NCBI GenBank assembly: GCA_963727805.1
Contig: CAVSHF010000003.1
Coordinates: forward strand, 1,376,001 to 1,440,000
Direction: 5' to 3'
Source: an uncultured Nitrospiraceae bacterium
GTDB taxonomy: Bacteria > Nitrospirota > Thermodesulfovibrionia > Thermodesulfovibrionales > Dissulfurispiraceae
DNA: 64,000 bases
Below are positions 42,750-53,233 of the stretch, one piece after another. Position numbers and translations under genes: made by a program. The notes beneath the pieces are model-generated. The model searched no databases. It was given only the letters and a program-made list of their open reading frames with translations, and was not told the DNA's origin. Every line of letters starts with the position of its first letter. Positions within the stretch are counted from its first letter, which is position 1.

Positions 42750-44948
42750 TTATAACATTGAAGGCAATTCCAATGCTGGATGCCCAACCTTGGTCAGATG
42801 CTCCAAGAGCTTTTCAGAATCCTCGCAGATCGTCTCATCCGCTATCTTGTCGAGAAGATCCGGAACGCCCTCTTCGGCAGCTCTCTTCTTGAATACTTCC
42901 TCTATCCTCTCTTTGAGAGACTTTGGCATCCAGACAATCCTCTTTATACCACCGTCACCTAACAGGAACTTCCTGCTCGCAACAAAGTTAACGCCGACAC
43001 CCATGAACCCAGGCGTCTGAGCGCCACCGCCGACCGAGCCAGCAAATGTCGAAAACTTCATGCCTACAGGTGTCATTCCCTGGTAACCACGATGCACGAG
43101 CATAACGCCATTCGCTTCAGGGATGATGCCGACGATGCATTCGAAGCAGCCGCACGAGGTCATGGGATTCTCCATGATCGTATACATATTCACTGTTTCA
43201 ACAGCGCCTGCAGTGGCCTTCTGAACGTATTTATCGACGCCGGAAAAACGTCCCATCTTGGCATCGAGGACTTCTTCTTTATTGATCGGCTGGTTGCCGC
43301 CGGTAGGGTCGATTTCCTTGGCAGCCTTACAGTCGAGCCAGTTGAAAGCTCCGCATAATCCAAGACGTTCGGGAGATACGACACAGATATGGCTCGGCGC
43401 AAAGGACTGGCAGAGGAGACATGAATAGAAATCCTCCACTGACTCGTCGGTAAGGTTCCCCAGTCTTGCGTCACGTTCGGCATAGGCGGCCCTCGCTTCT
43501 TTCAACTTTTCCTGGACATCTTTATCGTCCAAAAATAGAGTGACCTGGACCTTGTCAACAATGGATTTAAACCTGTGGTGCGCCATCGTGGTGTGAATGA
43601 TACCAAGGTGTTCAAGGGTGAAACCTGCCTCTTTAGCTTGTTTGCTTATCCTCACCCAGTTAACATCACGCTGGCCCATATGCCATATGCTTTGTGCCTC
43701 GTTGATGTCAGAGTGTATCTTCCTCTCGAGAACGGACTCGAAGTCTTTCTGCATCTTACGACCCGCCACCTCGATCATGATGCCCAGAGGCAGCCTGCCG
43801 CCCTTTTCATAGAGTTCCTTCCAGTTGTCGGGCTTGATGATGACCTTGTTGTCCTCTATGTCTTCCATCTCCCTCATCCGAACCCATTCGAAGGCCGCCG
43901 TCTTATTGCCTCCAAATTCGATGAAAGTATCTTCCTTCCTGATTCTCTCGCCTTCAAAAGCGGGACCGTAAGCGACCGGTATAGGCGGCTTCTCGATCGT
44001 AATCTTGAGCCCTCTAACCTCGATTGCCTTCTGGACAATCTTGGCATGGTCGAATTCCTTGTCAACATGCTCATAGGTACAGACACCGGTCGGTAATATA
44101 ACTGGAACATCAGTATCACAAACGGCAGGGAAGCCCATATTGATAGCGCCCGCTCCTGTCGCCCATTTGATATCGTCCATCGGGCCGAGGGCTATCGCGA
44201 ATGCAAACACCCTGTCCTTCTGGTAAAGAAGATGGCCTTTGAAGTCGCCGGGCTTCTTGCCTCCGAAGATGAGTGACGCCCTGATCGCCCAGTCTGCTGC
44301 ATAAAGGATGTGCTCCGTGTCGGGCCCGAGAGGCACTATCCTCGAATCCCATCCAAGTTCGACATTCTTTCTCAGCAATTGTTTGGTGAAGCTGTCTCCG
44401 TTGGATTGACCTGCGAGAAAGGTAAGGATGTTCTTTTCCTGCAACTCCCTCGCGATGTTCGCGGCGATGTCATCGGTCGGCGCTGCACCGAGGATACAAG
44501 CAAATCCCGGCATGGTGCCGTCGACGAGTTGAATTCCCAAGTTTCTCTGGATTGTGTCACCGATAAAGCCGTTGTACACATAGCCTGTCTCAGGATCTTT
44601 CACCGGCTCAAGACCGTTGACATACCTAAGAGCTAGCAGAATCTCTTCCGTAAACAAAGTAGCCATACCACAATCGAGGGTCTCGCCAAGATAGGGCACC
44701 CACATGTGATCTGTAGGCTCTTCATGGAGGAGGTCCTTCGCGAAACCAAGGGCGACCTCCATGTCTCCAAGCGTCTTCACCTTAAATGCCGTCATGGCAA
44801 GTATCATCGGGAGATAGAACGCCGTATCGGGGAATTCAAAGGCATAATCCTTTCCTTTTTCGGCGATCGTTTTTTTGAGCAATGCGTCCGTTCTGGTTAC
44901 AAGTTCCCGTGTACCTCTCATAACCGCTGTTGCTATAATCTTCGACAT
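42750..44948 (-). CDS. acsB: Acetyl-CoA synthase (bacterial-type AcsB)
   Basis: N-terminal FPDTAFYLP domain; A-cluster ligands CLLCQSF, LCGA, MTSCGCFE. Confidence 0.96.
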   Translation of the reverse strand: MSKIIATAVMRGTRELVTRTDALLKKTIAEKGKDYAFEFPDTAFYLPMILAMTAFKVKTLGDMEVALGFAKDLLHEEPTDHMWVPYLGETLDCGMATLFTEEILLALRYVNGLEPVKDPETGYVYNGFIGDTIQRNLGIQLVDGTMPGFACILGAAPTDDIAANIARELQEKNILTFLAGQSNGDSFTKQLLRKNVELGWDSRIVPLGPDTEHILYAADWAIRASLIFGGKKPGDFKGHLLYQKDRVFAFAIALGPMDDIKWATGAGAINMGFPAVCDTDVPVILPTGVCTYEHVDKEFDHAKIVQKAIEVRGLKITIEKPPIPVAYGPAFEGERIRKEDTFIEFGGNKTAAFEWVRMREMEDIEDNKVIIKPDNWKELYEKGGRLPLGIMIEVAGRKMQKDFESVLERKIHSDINEAQSIWHMGQRDVNWVRISKQAKEAGFTLEHLGIIHTTMAHHRFKSIVDKVQVTLFLDDKDVQEKLKEARAAYAERDARLGNLTDESVEDFYSCLLCQSFAPSHICVVSPERLGLCGAFNWLDCKAAKEIDPTGGNQPINKEEVLDAKMGRFSGVDKYVQKATAGAVETVNMYTIMENPMTSCGCFECIVGIIPEANGVMLVHRGYQGMTPVGMKFSTFAGSVGGGAQTPGFMGVGVNFVASRKFLLGDGGIKRIVWMPKSLKERIEEVFKKRAAEEGVPDLLDKIADETICEDSEKLLEHLTKVGHPALELPSML

Positions 44949-44982
44949 CCTTACCTCCTACAGTCGAATTTTTTAAAAAGAC

Positions 44983-46326
44983 TTAGTTTGTACGAGCCTT
45001 CAAAAATGCAGGCAAACCATTGGCCTCTCTGGGGCCTACGGTAATCTTCCAACCTGGTAGCTTATCCTCTATGGAACCACTCAGGATCGCGACATAGCCC
45101 GGGATGATGAGCTCCCTGTGACTTATTTCTTTTTCGATGCCGCTCTCCTGGATGAACTGTGCAATCTTCCCCGCCGTAAACTTCCCTGCTGCCCAACCAG
45201 TCAGAACCGAAAGGCCCTCTGTATCCAGAACTGCAAGCCTCACCGGAACCTTGCTGCCCTCGATTTCTCCGGAAACTATAAAATAGGTGAGAGAGAAATT
45301 TGAGGTTATCAGTAAAGGTGAATCGCCAGTAGGAGTGCCGATAGGATAGATATCCTGCTTAACCTGCAGAGGGACCTGCGGATTTGTATAAATGTTCTGT
45401 CTGAGGGTAAACAGGGCGAGGCTCTTCCATCTGTCGACGCTGCTCATGACCACGATAGACGCATACTTCATTACCCCCAGAGAGGCGATGAGGGTTTCTA
45501 GCATCACCTCGTCCCTTTGGGCAAAAGTGATTATAGGGTAACCTACAGACTTATTACCCTTCTTTAATGCTCCCCTTCTGATGTAGGTGTTGTCCCGCAA
45601 TATTTCTTTGGCGGAACGCGCACCAGAGTCAAGCACCATGTCCTCAACACCAAGCCCCTTGATCTTGTCGGTAAGTGCCGTCAACCCATCGAGGTCTTTG
45701 GCTACTACGCCCAGAGAAACCTTATGGGTCTTTGCAATATTTGCCATTGCATCCGCATTGGACTCGTTTGCCCCGTAAAGGAGTGGCTTATTGGCCGCCA
45801 CTATCTTCACAGCCGCTTCTGCCGCTGCAGGATCGGTGGTTGAGAGTATCAGCGGGACTGCGGGGGCCTTAGCTGCAATCGACTTTACAGCAGCTTCAAA
45901 TTTTCCTGCATCCCCAGATGCATTGCTCACAAATATAGCATCGATCCTGAGCTTCTGGCCGACCCTGTCGATCTCGGAACCGAGAACCTGAGCTACAACT
46001 GCATTTATTTCATCAGAGGACATCGTATCTTTAACTTCCACGGCAAAAGCACATTGGTTGACAAAAGTCTTATCATGCCTGAACAAAACGGTTTCTTCGC
46101 CCATTTTCACCGCGATGTCTCCGGCACCAAGAGTGACAGGTCTGATCGGAGGAGCGGATGCCTCACCGAGAACCTTTTTTGCCTCTTCGGAGACATCCGG
46201 GCACAAATCGAGAGAAACCTGCCTCTGGGCAAGTTTCATTGCAAAAGCAAGGCATGTCGGATGGCCGCACTTTTTGCAGTTGGTTTTTGGAAGCAGTTTA
46301 AATATCTGAACGCCAGATAAAGCCAT
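44983..46326 (-). CDS. acsC: Corrinoid iron-sulfur protein large subunit
   Basis: LPKTNCKKCGHPTCLAFA..CP, TSNFSLTYF, GLSVLTGWAAGKF, GPREA. Confidence 0.96.
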   Translation of the reverse strand: MALSGVQIFKLLPKTNCKKCGHPTCLAFAMKLAQRQVSLDLCPDVSEEAKKVLGEASAPPIRPVTLGAGDIAVKMGEETVLFRHDKTFVNQCAFAVEVKDTMSSDEINAVVAQVLGSEIDRVGQKLRIDAIFVSNASGDAGKFEAAVKSIAAKAPAVPLILSTTDPAAAEAAVKIVAANKPLLYGANESNADAMANIAKTHKVSLGVVAKDLDGLTALTDKIKGLGVEDMVLDSGARSAKEILRDNTYIRRGALKKGNKSVGYPIITFAQRDEVMLETLIASLGVMKYASIVVMSSVDRWKSLALFTLRQNIYTNPQVPLQVKQDIYPIGTPTGDSPLLITSNFSLTYFIVSGEIEGSKVPVRLAVLDTEGLSVLTGWAAGKFTAGKIAQFIQESGIEKEISHRELIIPGYVAILSGSIEDKLPGWKITVGPREANGLPAFLKARTN

Positions 46327-46339
46327 TTTTATTCCTCCC

Positions 46340-47278
46340 TTACATTAATTCGTCAATCAATTTTTCTACTGCGTTAATTGCTTCGGGATGCCTCATGATC
46401 AAAAGCTCCGAGCCGGCAATCATGAGTGCACTTGCCGTCACGGCCTCCCATGCAATTGCTCTCTGCTCAAGTACTCCGCCAATGGGAAGTTCCGCTTCGG
46501 TAGCTATAGCCTCTTTGGCCTTCCAGGCATTCATTCCGACATCGGCGAGCATAGGCATTTGCATCGTGGCGTCATTCTGGGTCAAGGCGGCCAGCCTAAT
46601 CCTCTCCATGACCGAATAGGTATAATCAAGTCCATACCCGAGCGCCGAGCACATAGGATCTGTAACCAGATTCTCTTTATCAAAGCCCATCTGTGTTATC
46701 AGAATATTCAGTTGCTTGGAAAGATTGATATCCAGCTGCGACATTGCTATAAGTTTGAGGTTGTTTGCCATGCACGCTGCAACTATTGTCTTGTAATTCT
46801 CTTCCTGCGCCTTTCCCAGAAAACAGTTCTTGTCCTTGGCCGCTTCTGCAGCCGCGATCAGTATGGCGGCGTCTTTTTCAACATGATTGCTGCCGAGGAT
46901 TATTAACGGGACGCTAATCGCGGCAAGTACGTCCTTTACTGTTTTGGCGGCATCTTCCGGGGAGCGATTCTCCCTGTCGGGATGTGTCCCTATCAGTCTG
47001 AGCGCAATTGCTTTTGCATTCAGTTTGTCCTGGCAATATTTCGCCCATGTGACAGGATCTCCGGAAACTCCTTCATATACTTTCTTAAGGGTTTCCGGCC
47101 AGTCAGCGGGGGGGACGTCCTGAATCTCATAAGCCACAACGGGTCTGTTCGGAACGTTTCCTTCAAACAAATGGAAAGGCAGGACATCCTCTCCACCAAT
47201 AACAATTTTCTTGTCCGTTCCCGCATCAATTTGAAAAACTTTACCAGCAGAAGTCTCATTTGGTGCTGTAAATGCCAT
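46340..47278 (-). CDS. acsD: Corrinoid iron-sulfur protein small subunit
   Basis: GGE..LPFHLFEG, DINLSKQLN, LGYGLDYTYSVMERIRLAAL, MRHP. Confidence 0.95.
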   Translation of the reverse strand: MAFTAPNETSAGKVFQIDAGTDKKIVIGGEDVLPFHLFEGNVPNRPVVAYEIQDVPPADWPETLKKVYEGVSGDPVTWAKYCQDKLNAKAIALRLIGTHPDRENRSPEDAAKTVKDVLAAISVPLIILGSNHVEKDAAILIAAAEAAKDKNCFLGKAQEENYKTIVAACMANNLKLIAMSQLDINLSKQLNILITQMGFDKENLVTDPMCSALGYGLDYTYSVMERIRLAALTQNDATMQMPMLADVGMNAWKAKEAIATEAELPIGGVLEQRAIAWEAVTASALMIAGSELLIMRHPEAINAVEKLIDELM

Positions 47279-47348
47279 ATATACCTCCGTTTATTAGTCG
47301 TGCGTCGGTAGGATGTAAAATAAATAACTATCGACCATCGACACTATT

Positions 47349-48131
47349 TTACATTTCCAAATAGGAATGTGCATAAAGGGTCCTGCCCATTATCACATCT
47401 ATCGTTTTAGCAGTTTCTTTGACTTCTGCGGCATCTGCAATCGCAGCGGTCAGTCCCTCGTAAAGCAGTAATGTCAGCAGATGTTTATTCATTATGTGTC
47501 TGAGAGGCTTCGGCATGCCGTTTGATATATTGCTCAATCCCACTACTGTCTTCATCGGGGGATCGTTCAACTCCTGGAACATCTTCACGGCCTGTATTAC
47601 TTTTAATGCCTGGTCCTGGGTAGTGGCCATCTGGAGAACAAGCGGATCAAGATAGAGGTCTTCAACTGGCATACCGTATTCCATCGCCCTTCCCATTATC
47701 TCTGAAGCTATGGCCGCCCTTTCTTCAGCATCGGCAGGGAGACCGCCTTTGCCGACGGTGAGGCCTATCAATTGTGCCTTGTATTTTACGGCGACTTCCA
47801 TGATCGGGAACCTTTCAGGATCGTTGGAGGTGGAATTAATCAGCGGTCTGCCCCATTGACTATTATGGACCTTCAGTCCGGCCTCGATAGCTTTAACATT
47901 GGTAGTGTCAAGACAAACAGGTAGTTGAACCACTTCCTGAATGGTTGTCACCATCCACTCCATCATCTTCTCTCCGCCGTCTTCAGCAGGGCCGATATTG
48001 GCATCAATCATGCCCGACCCTTCTTTCCACTGCCGCACAGCAATTTCCTGAATAGGCCCTTTGTCGAATTTCATCATTGCTTCGCGTACACGTTTGGCGA
48101 TAATGCTCAACTTCTCCCCGATGATTAGCAT
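47349..48131 (-). CDS. acsE: Methyl-THF:corrinoid FeS protein methyltransferase
   Basis: MLIIGE, LDTTN, INS, DPL, GLSNISNG pterin-binding barrel within the acs cluster. Confidence 0.92.
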   Translation of the reverse strand: MLIIGEKLSIIAKRVREAMMKFDKGPIQEIAVRQWKEGSGMIDANIGPAEDGGEKMMEWMVTTIQEVVQLPVCLDTTNVKAIEAGLKVHNSQWGRPLINSTSNDPERFPIMEVAVKYKAQLIGLTVGKGGLPADAEERAAIASEIMGRAMEYGMPVEDLYLDPLVLQMATTQDQALKVIQAVKMFQELNDPPMKTVVGLSNISNGMPKPLRHIMNKHLLTLLLYEGLTAAIADAAEVKETAKTIDVIMGRTLYAHSYLEM

Positions 48132-48351
48132 GCATCCTCCTTTTCTTTATTGCTTAGTTGGCTTTTTACACTCTCACTATTATAAGCATTTTAAAATTAA
48201 AGTAAAGAAGTATATTTTATAGTTATAAAGCTATAAAAAATGCAAATGTTTCAGGTATTTCCACTGCTGAAATCCAGCCTTGCCTCATGGCAGTTTTGCG
48301 CTTCATGTTTGCGCTAAGCTCCTTCCGAACGAGTGCTGAAAACTAAATGAA

Positions 48352-49119
48352 TTATGGTATACGACAGGCGTCAAGTATACCGTACAGGGCCTTCACCGAG
48401 ACGGCATCTTCGGGAAGTTCAAAAACCGGTTTCCCCTGGAGGTCAAACCGCGAGATCATCTCATCCTGCGGAACGAGTCCCGCGACGGTAATCCCTGCCG
48501 TCTCAGCAATTTCCTTCAGGTCGGATGCTGCATCCCCGATCACCCTATTGATGACGAGGATGCTCTTATCGACTTCGAGTTTGAGTTCATCGACAAGGGC
48601 GTGGATTCTTTTTGCTGTGAGTATGCCCTTCATCGTGGGATCGCTTACTATGATAAGAAGATTGACCTTATGGGTTGTCCGTCTGCTCAGATGCTCCATG
48701 CCCGCTTCATTATCAATGACCACATAGGGATAAGTTTCCGACAGCTTGTCGCTGTACTTCCTAATAATATTATTGGCTGCGCAATAGCAGCCCGCTCCCT
48801 CTGGCCTGCCCATGACGATAAGGTCGAAGCCCGTCGCCTCGATCACAGATCGACTGACCTCATAATCGAAAATCTGCTCCATAGACATCCCGCCTGGCCT
48901 ATCCACCCCACTCCTTATGGTGTCAAGCGATTCCTCGCGCAGCCTGCCGACAGTGGTGTGAACCTCTACTCCTAGAGCCTCGTTCAAACATGAATTGCTG
49001 TCAGCATCAACACCCAGAACCGGCCCGCGCCTTTTGCTCACAAGGTATTTCATCGTCAGGCCAGCCAGGCTAGTCTTGCCCGTGCCGCCTTTTCCTGCAA
49101 AAGCAATTGCATACGCCAT
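48352..49119 (-). CDS. cooC: CODH/ACS nickel-insertion ATPase (CooC/AcsF)
   Basis: GKGGTGKT, DAD, MGRPEGAGCYC, DNEAGMEHLSR. Confidence 0.93.
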   Translation of the reverse strand: MAYAIAFAGKGGTGKTSLAGLTMKYLVSKRRGPVLGVDADSNSCLNEALGVEVHTTVGRLREESLDTIRSGVDRPGGMSMEQIFDYEVSRSVIEATGFDLIVMGRPEGAGCYCAANNIIRKYSDKLSETYPYVVIDNEAGMEHLSRRTTHKVNLLIIVSDPTMKGILTAKRIHALVDELKLEVDKSILVINRVIGDAASDLKEIAETAGITVAGLVPQDEMISRFDLQGKPVFELPEDAVSVKALYGILDACRIP

Positions 49120-49132
49120 ATCCAAATCCTCC

Positions 49133-49774
49133 TTAACTCTTCAATATTTTTAATATTTCAGGCATTGTATTGACAACATAATCCGCTCCCCGAAGTGAGC
49201 TGAGTGGTCTGTAACCATAAGTTACTGCGATTGTTGTGACGCCCGCGGCCTTTCCTGCCTCAATATCAAAATTACTGTCACCGACGATAACGGCCTCTTC
49301 AGGTTTGGCTTCAAATCTCGAAAGAACATACTGGATGGGGACTGGGGAAGGCTTCCTTTCGGATGTCGTGTCACTGCCGACCACAACATCAAAATATTTC
49401 CGCATACCGAGAAGTTCAAGAATCCTAGATGAGAGATCTTCCCTCTTATTAGAAATGACCGCTTTGGGGTATTCTTTCAACGCTTCCATAGTTTCCTTGA
49501 CACCCGGATAGACCGGCGTATTATCTGTAAGGTGAGCGGAATAGTGATTGAGAAAACGTTGTATGAGTATGTCTTTATCCGCAGAGAGGTTGTACTTCGC
49601 GATAATCTTTTGGAAAAGCGTCGTAATGCCCTCTCCAATCATCGTTATAGTTTCCTGCACCGTTACAGGCGGAACATTCGTTCCCTCGAGTGCATAATTG
49701 ATAGCGTGGGATATATCGGTGCTCGAGTCGACAAGCGTTCCGTCGAGGTCGAAGATAATAAGCTTCATCGTCAT
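49133..49774 (-). CDS. HAD-family hydrolase (phosphoglycolate phosphatase-like)
   Basis: IFDLDGTLVDS, SNK, KPSP, VGDS..DI..GKAAG. Confidence 0.88.
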   Translation of the reverse strand: MTMKLIIFDLDGTLVDSSTDISHAINYALEGTNVPPVTVQETITMIGEGITTLFQKIIAKYNLSADKDILIQRFLNHYSAHLTDNTPVYPGVKETMEALKEYPKAVISNKREDLSSRILELLGMRKYFDVVVGSDTTSERKPSPVPIQYVLSRFEAKPEEAVIVGDSNFDIEAGKAAGVTTIAVTYGYRPLSSLRGADYVVNTMPEILKILKS

Positions 49775-49880
49775 GATATTAATGTAACCGATCATCGTAA
49801 AAAAGCTCAACAATCGGCGGTAATCGGCAACTCACCTCTTTCCGCCTCTTACTTCTCACTTTCTTCTGTTATAATTAACG

Positions 49881-50804
49881 ATGAACCTATATCTTATAGA
49901 CGGCCATTCCTACTTCTACCGAGCCTTTCACGCCATAAAAAATCTTAGTAATTCCAAGGGCTTTCCAACTAACGCGATCTTCGGTTTTACCAATATGCTT
50001 TTCAAGCTGATCAGGGAGAAGAAACCTGATGCCATTGCAATAGTACTTGATTCGCCGGAGCTTACAGAACGCCACAGAATATACAAAGATTACAAGGCCC
50101 AGCGCCCAGAGACGCCTTCCGATCTCGTGCGCCAGATTCCTCATATGAAAAAGGTGATCGAGGCATTTAAAATATTGTTCTTTGAGATTCCAGGATACGA
50201 GGCCGATGATATCCTCTGCACCTTGGCAAAAAAGGCAGTAGCGGAGGGTGTCGATGTCTACATACTGAGCGGGGATAAAGACATGATGCAGGTGGTCGAA
50301 AGAGGTATCAAAATCTATGATCCTATGAAGGAAATCATGATAGACGAAGTCTTTGTATATGAACGATTCGGCGTGCCCCCCAAAAGAGTCGCAGAGGTCA
50401 TGGCCCTCACCGGAGACGCAATAGATAACATTCCAGGAGTAAAGGGAATCGGCGATAAGACGGCAAAGGACCTCATCTCGAGTGTCGGGAGTCTCGACGA
50501 GCTTCTCGAACATCCCGAAAAAATAAAGAATGAACGAACCAGGAAGATGATCATAGAAAACCTCGACGTGATCAGGTTGAGTAAGACCCTCGCGACAATC
50601 GATGTCAATCTGCCGATAGACTTGGTCATGAAAGATCTCGTCGCGAAGGAACCCGACTGGCCGACACTCCAGAAGATATTTTCAGAGTTTGAACTGAAAA
50701 GCCTCATCAAAATGATCCCGGCCGAAGGGCATAAACAGAGAGCCAGTTATATCACTATTACTGATAAGAAAGGACTCGAGAATTTCTTGGGATTGAACGG
50801 ATGA
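49881..50804 (+). CDS. polA: DNA polymerase I, 5'-3' exonuclease part (split gene or frameshift)
   Basis: LIDG..YRAFHA, YKAQR, GYEADD, SGDKD, GDAIDNIPGVKGIGDKTA; stops at TGA 50802-50804. Confidence 0.88.
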   Translation: MNLYLIDGHSYFYRAFHAIKNLSNSKGFPTNAIFGFTNMLFKLIREKKPDAIAIVLDSPELTERHRIYKDYKAQRPETPSDLVRQIPHMKKVIEAFKILFFEIPGYEADDILCTLAKKAVAEGVDVYILSGDKDMMQVVERGIKIYDPMKEIMIDEVFVYERFGVPPKRVAEVMALTGDAIDNIPGVKGIGDKTAKDLISSVGSLDELLEHPEKIKNERTRKMIIENLDVIRLSKTLATIDVNLPIDLVMKDLVAKEPDWPTLQKIFSEFELKSLIKMIPAEGHKQRASYITITDKKGLENFLGLNG

Positions 50805-52600
50805 AACAGAGATCGTTATTCGACGAAACAGACGCAATTTCGACTGTAGCTCTAGCTCCAAGGGACGAAATCGAATGCTCCTCACCGTTCAAGGAACTTT
50901 CCTTTGATGTTGAGTCAACAGGCCGGCATCCGGTATCGGATACCACAGTTGGCATCTCATTCTGCAAAGAAGAAGGCACTGCCTGCTATGTTCCTGTGCG
51001 ACATGCAGAAGGCTGCAATGTACCCAATGCGTTTTCGATAATCAAACCGGTGCTGGAAGATAGGCGTATCGCGAAGATTGGCCACAATCTGAAATACGAC
51101 ATCCTTATCCTGAGAAAGGAAGGGATTCAAACAGCAGGAAAGCTTTACGATACTATGCTCGCCTCATACCTGCTCAACCCGAACAGGCCCGAGCACAGCC
51201 TCGAATCAGTGAGCCTCGAATACCTTAATCACAAGAAAAGGGCATTCACCGAAGTTCTCGGGAAAAGGACCTCCTTTGCCGAGGTACCGGTGATTGATGC
51301 CACGGCCTATGCTGCTGAAGATGCTGAACTAGCCTGGGAACTCAAAGAGATACTCTTTGACAAGCTTGATGCTGAGGACCTCGGTCCGCTCTATTTTGAT
51401 ATCGAGATGCCTCTAATTTATGTGCTCTCCGATATCGAAGAGGCGGGAATAAAGGCCGACGTAAAGAGACTCGAGGAACTCTCTAAGGAACTGGAACGGG
51501 AACTCGATCTGCTCGACTCCAAGATTTATAGTCTCGCCGGAGAGGAATTTAACATCAACTCGCCAAAGCAGCTTAGCAGAGTACTCTTCGATGTCCTGAA
51601 GCTAAAACCCAGTAAAAAGACAAAGACCGGTTTTTCCACAAATGTAGAAGTGCTCGTAGAGCTTGCCAAGAGCCATGATCTGCCAGCTGAAATCCTCAAT
51701 TACCGGACTTATTACAAATTGAAGACGACCTATGTCGATGCCCTCCCTAAGCTCATCAACGAAAAAACAGGAAGGATTCATACCTCTTTCAATCAGACCG
51801 TTACTGCTACAGGCAGGCTGAGTAGTAGCGACCCCAATATGCAGAACATACCGATCCGTGGATCATGGGGTGTAAAGATACGGGAAGTCTTCATTGCGGA
51901 AAAAGGTTCCGTCCTCATCTCCGCCGACTACTCGCAGATTGAACTCAGAATCCTTGCACACCTGAGCGATGATGAGGGATTAATCGAGGCTTTCAAGAAG
52001 AATATTGACATCCATACGAGAACGGCATCCGAGATTTTCGGTATTTCTCAGCATGAAGTAACTCCTGACCAGCGCCGCGTTGCCAAGACCGTTAATTTCG
52101 GCGTCATTTACGGCATAAGCCCTTTTGGCCTGTCTGAAGCTTTGGATATTTCACCTAAGGAAGCCGCTATCATGATTGACCATTATTTTGAGAGACATAG
52201 AGGAGTTAAAGACTTTATGGACCTGACACTTCAGGGAGTTCGTTCAAGAGGATATGTTAAAACGCTTTTAGGAAGAAAAAGGCCTCTTCCTGAAATACAC
52301 AGTTCAAATGCGAATGTGAGGATGCAGGCCGAGCGCATGGCGATCAATGCCCCCGTGCAGGGCACCGCTGCGGACCTTATAAAGATAGCCATGATTCATA
52401 TCTGGAAAAGATTAAAGGAAAGCACGTTCAAAACAAGGATGATCCTTCAGATACATGACGAACTGCTTTTCGAAGCGCCGGAGGAAGAAATTGAATCCGT
52501 ATCGGCGATGATCAGGGAAGAAATGGAAGGCGCCCTCAACCTTTCAGTGCCGCTTCATGTCGAAATTGGTCAAGGACGTAATTGGGCCGAGGCGCATTAA
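50801..52600 (+). CDS. polA: DNA polymerase I, 3'-5' exonuclease + polymerase part (Klenow-like)
   Basis: FDVEST, GHNLKYD, YAAEDA; TGRLSS, DYSQIELR, AKTVNFGVIYG, QIHDEL, NWAEAH. Confidence 0.9.
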   Translation: MKQRSLFDETDAISTVALAPRDEIECSSPFKELSFDVESTGRHPVSDTTVGISFCKEEGTACYVPVRHAEGCNVPNAFSIIKPVLEDRRIAKIGHNLKYDILILRKEGIQTAGKLYDTMLASYLLNPNRPEHSLESVSLEYLNHKKRAFTEVLGKRTSFAEVPVIDATAYAAEDAELAWELKEILFDKLDAEDLGPLYFDIEMPLIYVLSDIEEAGIKADVKRLEELSKELERELDLLDSKIYSLAGEEFNINSPKQLSRVLFDVLKLKPSKKTKTGFSTNVEVLVELAKSHDLPAEILNYRTYYKLKTTYVDALPKLINEKTGRIHTSFNQTVTATGRLSSSDPNMQNIPIRGSWGVKIREVFIAEKGSVLISADYSQIELRILAHLSDDEGLIEAFKKNIDIHTRTASEIFGISQHEVTPDQRRVAKTVNFGVIYGISPFGLSEALDISPKEAAIMIDHYFERHRGVKDFMDLTLQGVRSRGYVKTLLGRKRPLPEIHSSNANVRMQAERMAINAPVQGTAADLIKIAMIHIWKRLKESTFKTRMILQIHDELLFEAPEEEIESVSAMIREEMEGALNLSVPLHVEIGQGRNWAEAH

Positions 52601-52750
52601 TTCAAAGTACTCTGCCAGATAAGAGAGTCTATAGGATACGCAAGAACAGGAGTAAACACGAATATGCAGTGATTCATTGGCTTCATTAGTGAACAAAGAG
52701 AACCAATAGCACCCACCTGCAAATCACAGTGAGGTGTGGCGCTATGTTTT

Positions 52751-53233
52751 TTAACCCTTGTTGAATATCGGTAACAGCTTATCATAGGTATCGAGGATGT
52801 GCTCAGGGATCATTCTCACCTCTGCGGTAACAGCCATGAAGTTCGAATCCCCTCCCCACCGTGGCACCACATGCATATGGAGATGCTCTTCAATGCCCGC
52901 CCCCGCAGCCTTGCCGATATTTATCCCTATGTTGAATCCCTCGGGATGAAAGGCTGCAGTGAGGCAATCGACGCAGTATTTGGTTAGCTTCATGAGTTCA
53001 CACATCGCATCGGCGTTGAGCCCCTCGAACGACGATGTGTGGAAGTATGGGATGACCATCAGATGGCCATTGCTGTATGGGTATTTGTTCATCATGACAA
53101 AGACATTCTTGTCACGGTAAAGGATGAGATTTCCCCTGTCGTGTGTTTCCTGCGGCTTCATGCAAAAGATACAGTATCTCTCTTTCTCCCCGAGAATATA
53201 CTCCATACGCCAGGGTGCCCAGAGGACTTTCAT
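52751..53233 (-). CDS. HIT family hydrolase (Ap4A phosphorylase/FHIT-like)
   Basis: LWAPWR..YI, CIFC, NKYPY..GH, HLHMHVVPRW.GD. Confidence 0.9.
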   Translation of the reverse strand: MKVLWAPWRMEYILGEKERYCIFCMKPQETHDRGNLILYRDKNVFVMMNKYPYSNGHLMVIPYFHTSSFEGLNADAMCELMKLTKYCVDCLTAAFHPEGFNIGINIGKAAGAGIEEHLHMHVVPRWGGDSNFMAVTAEVRMIPEHILDTYDKLLPIFNKG

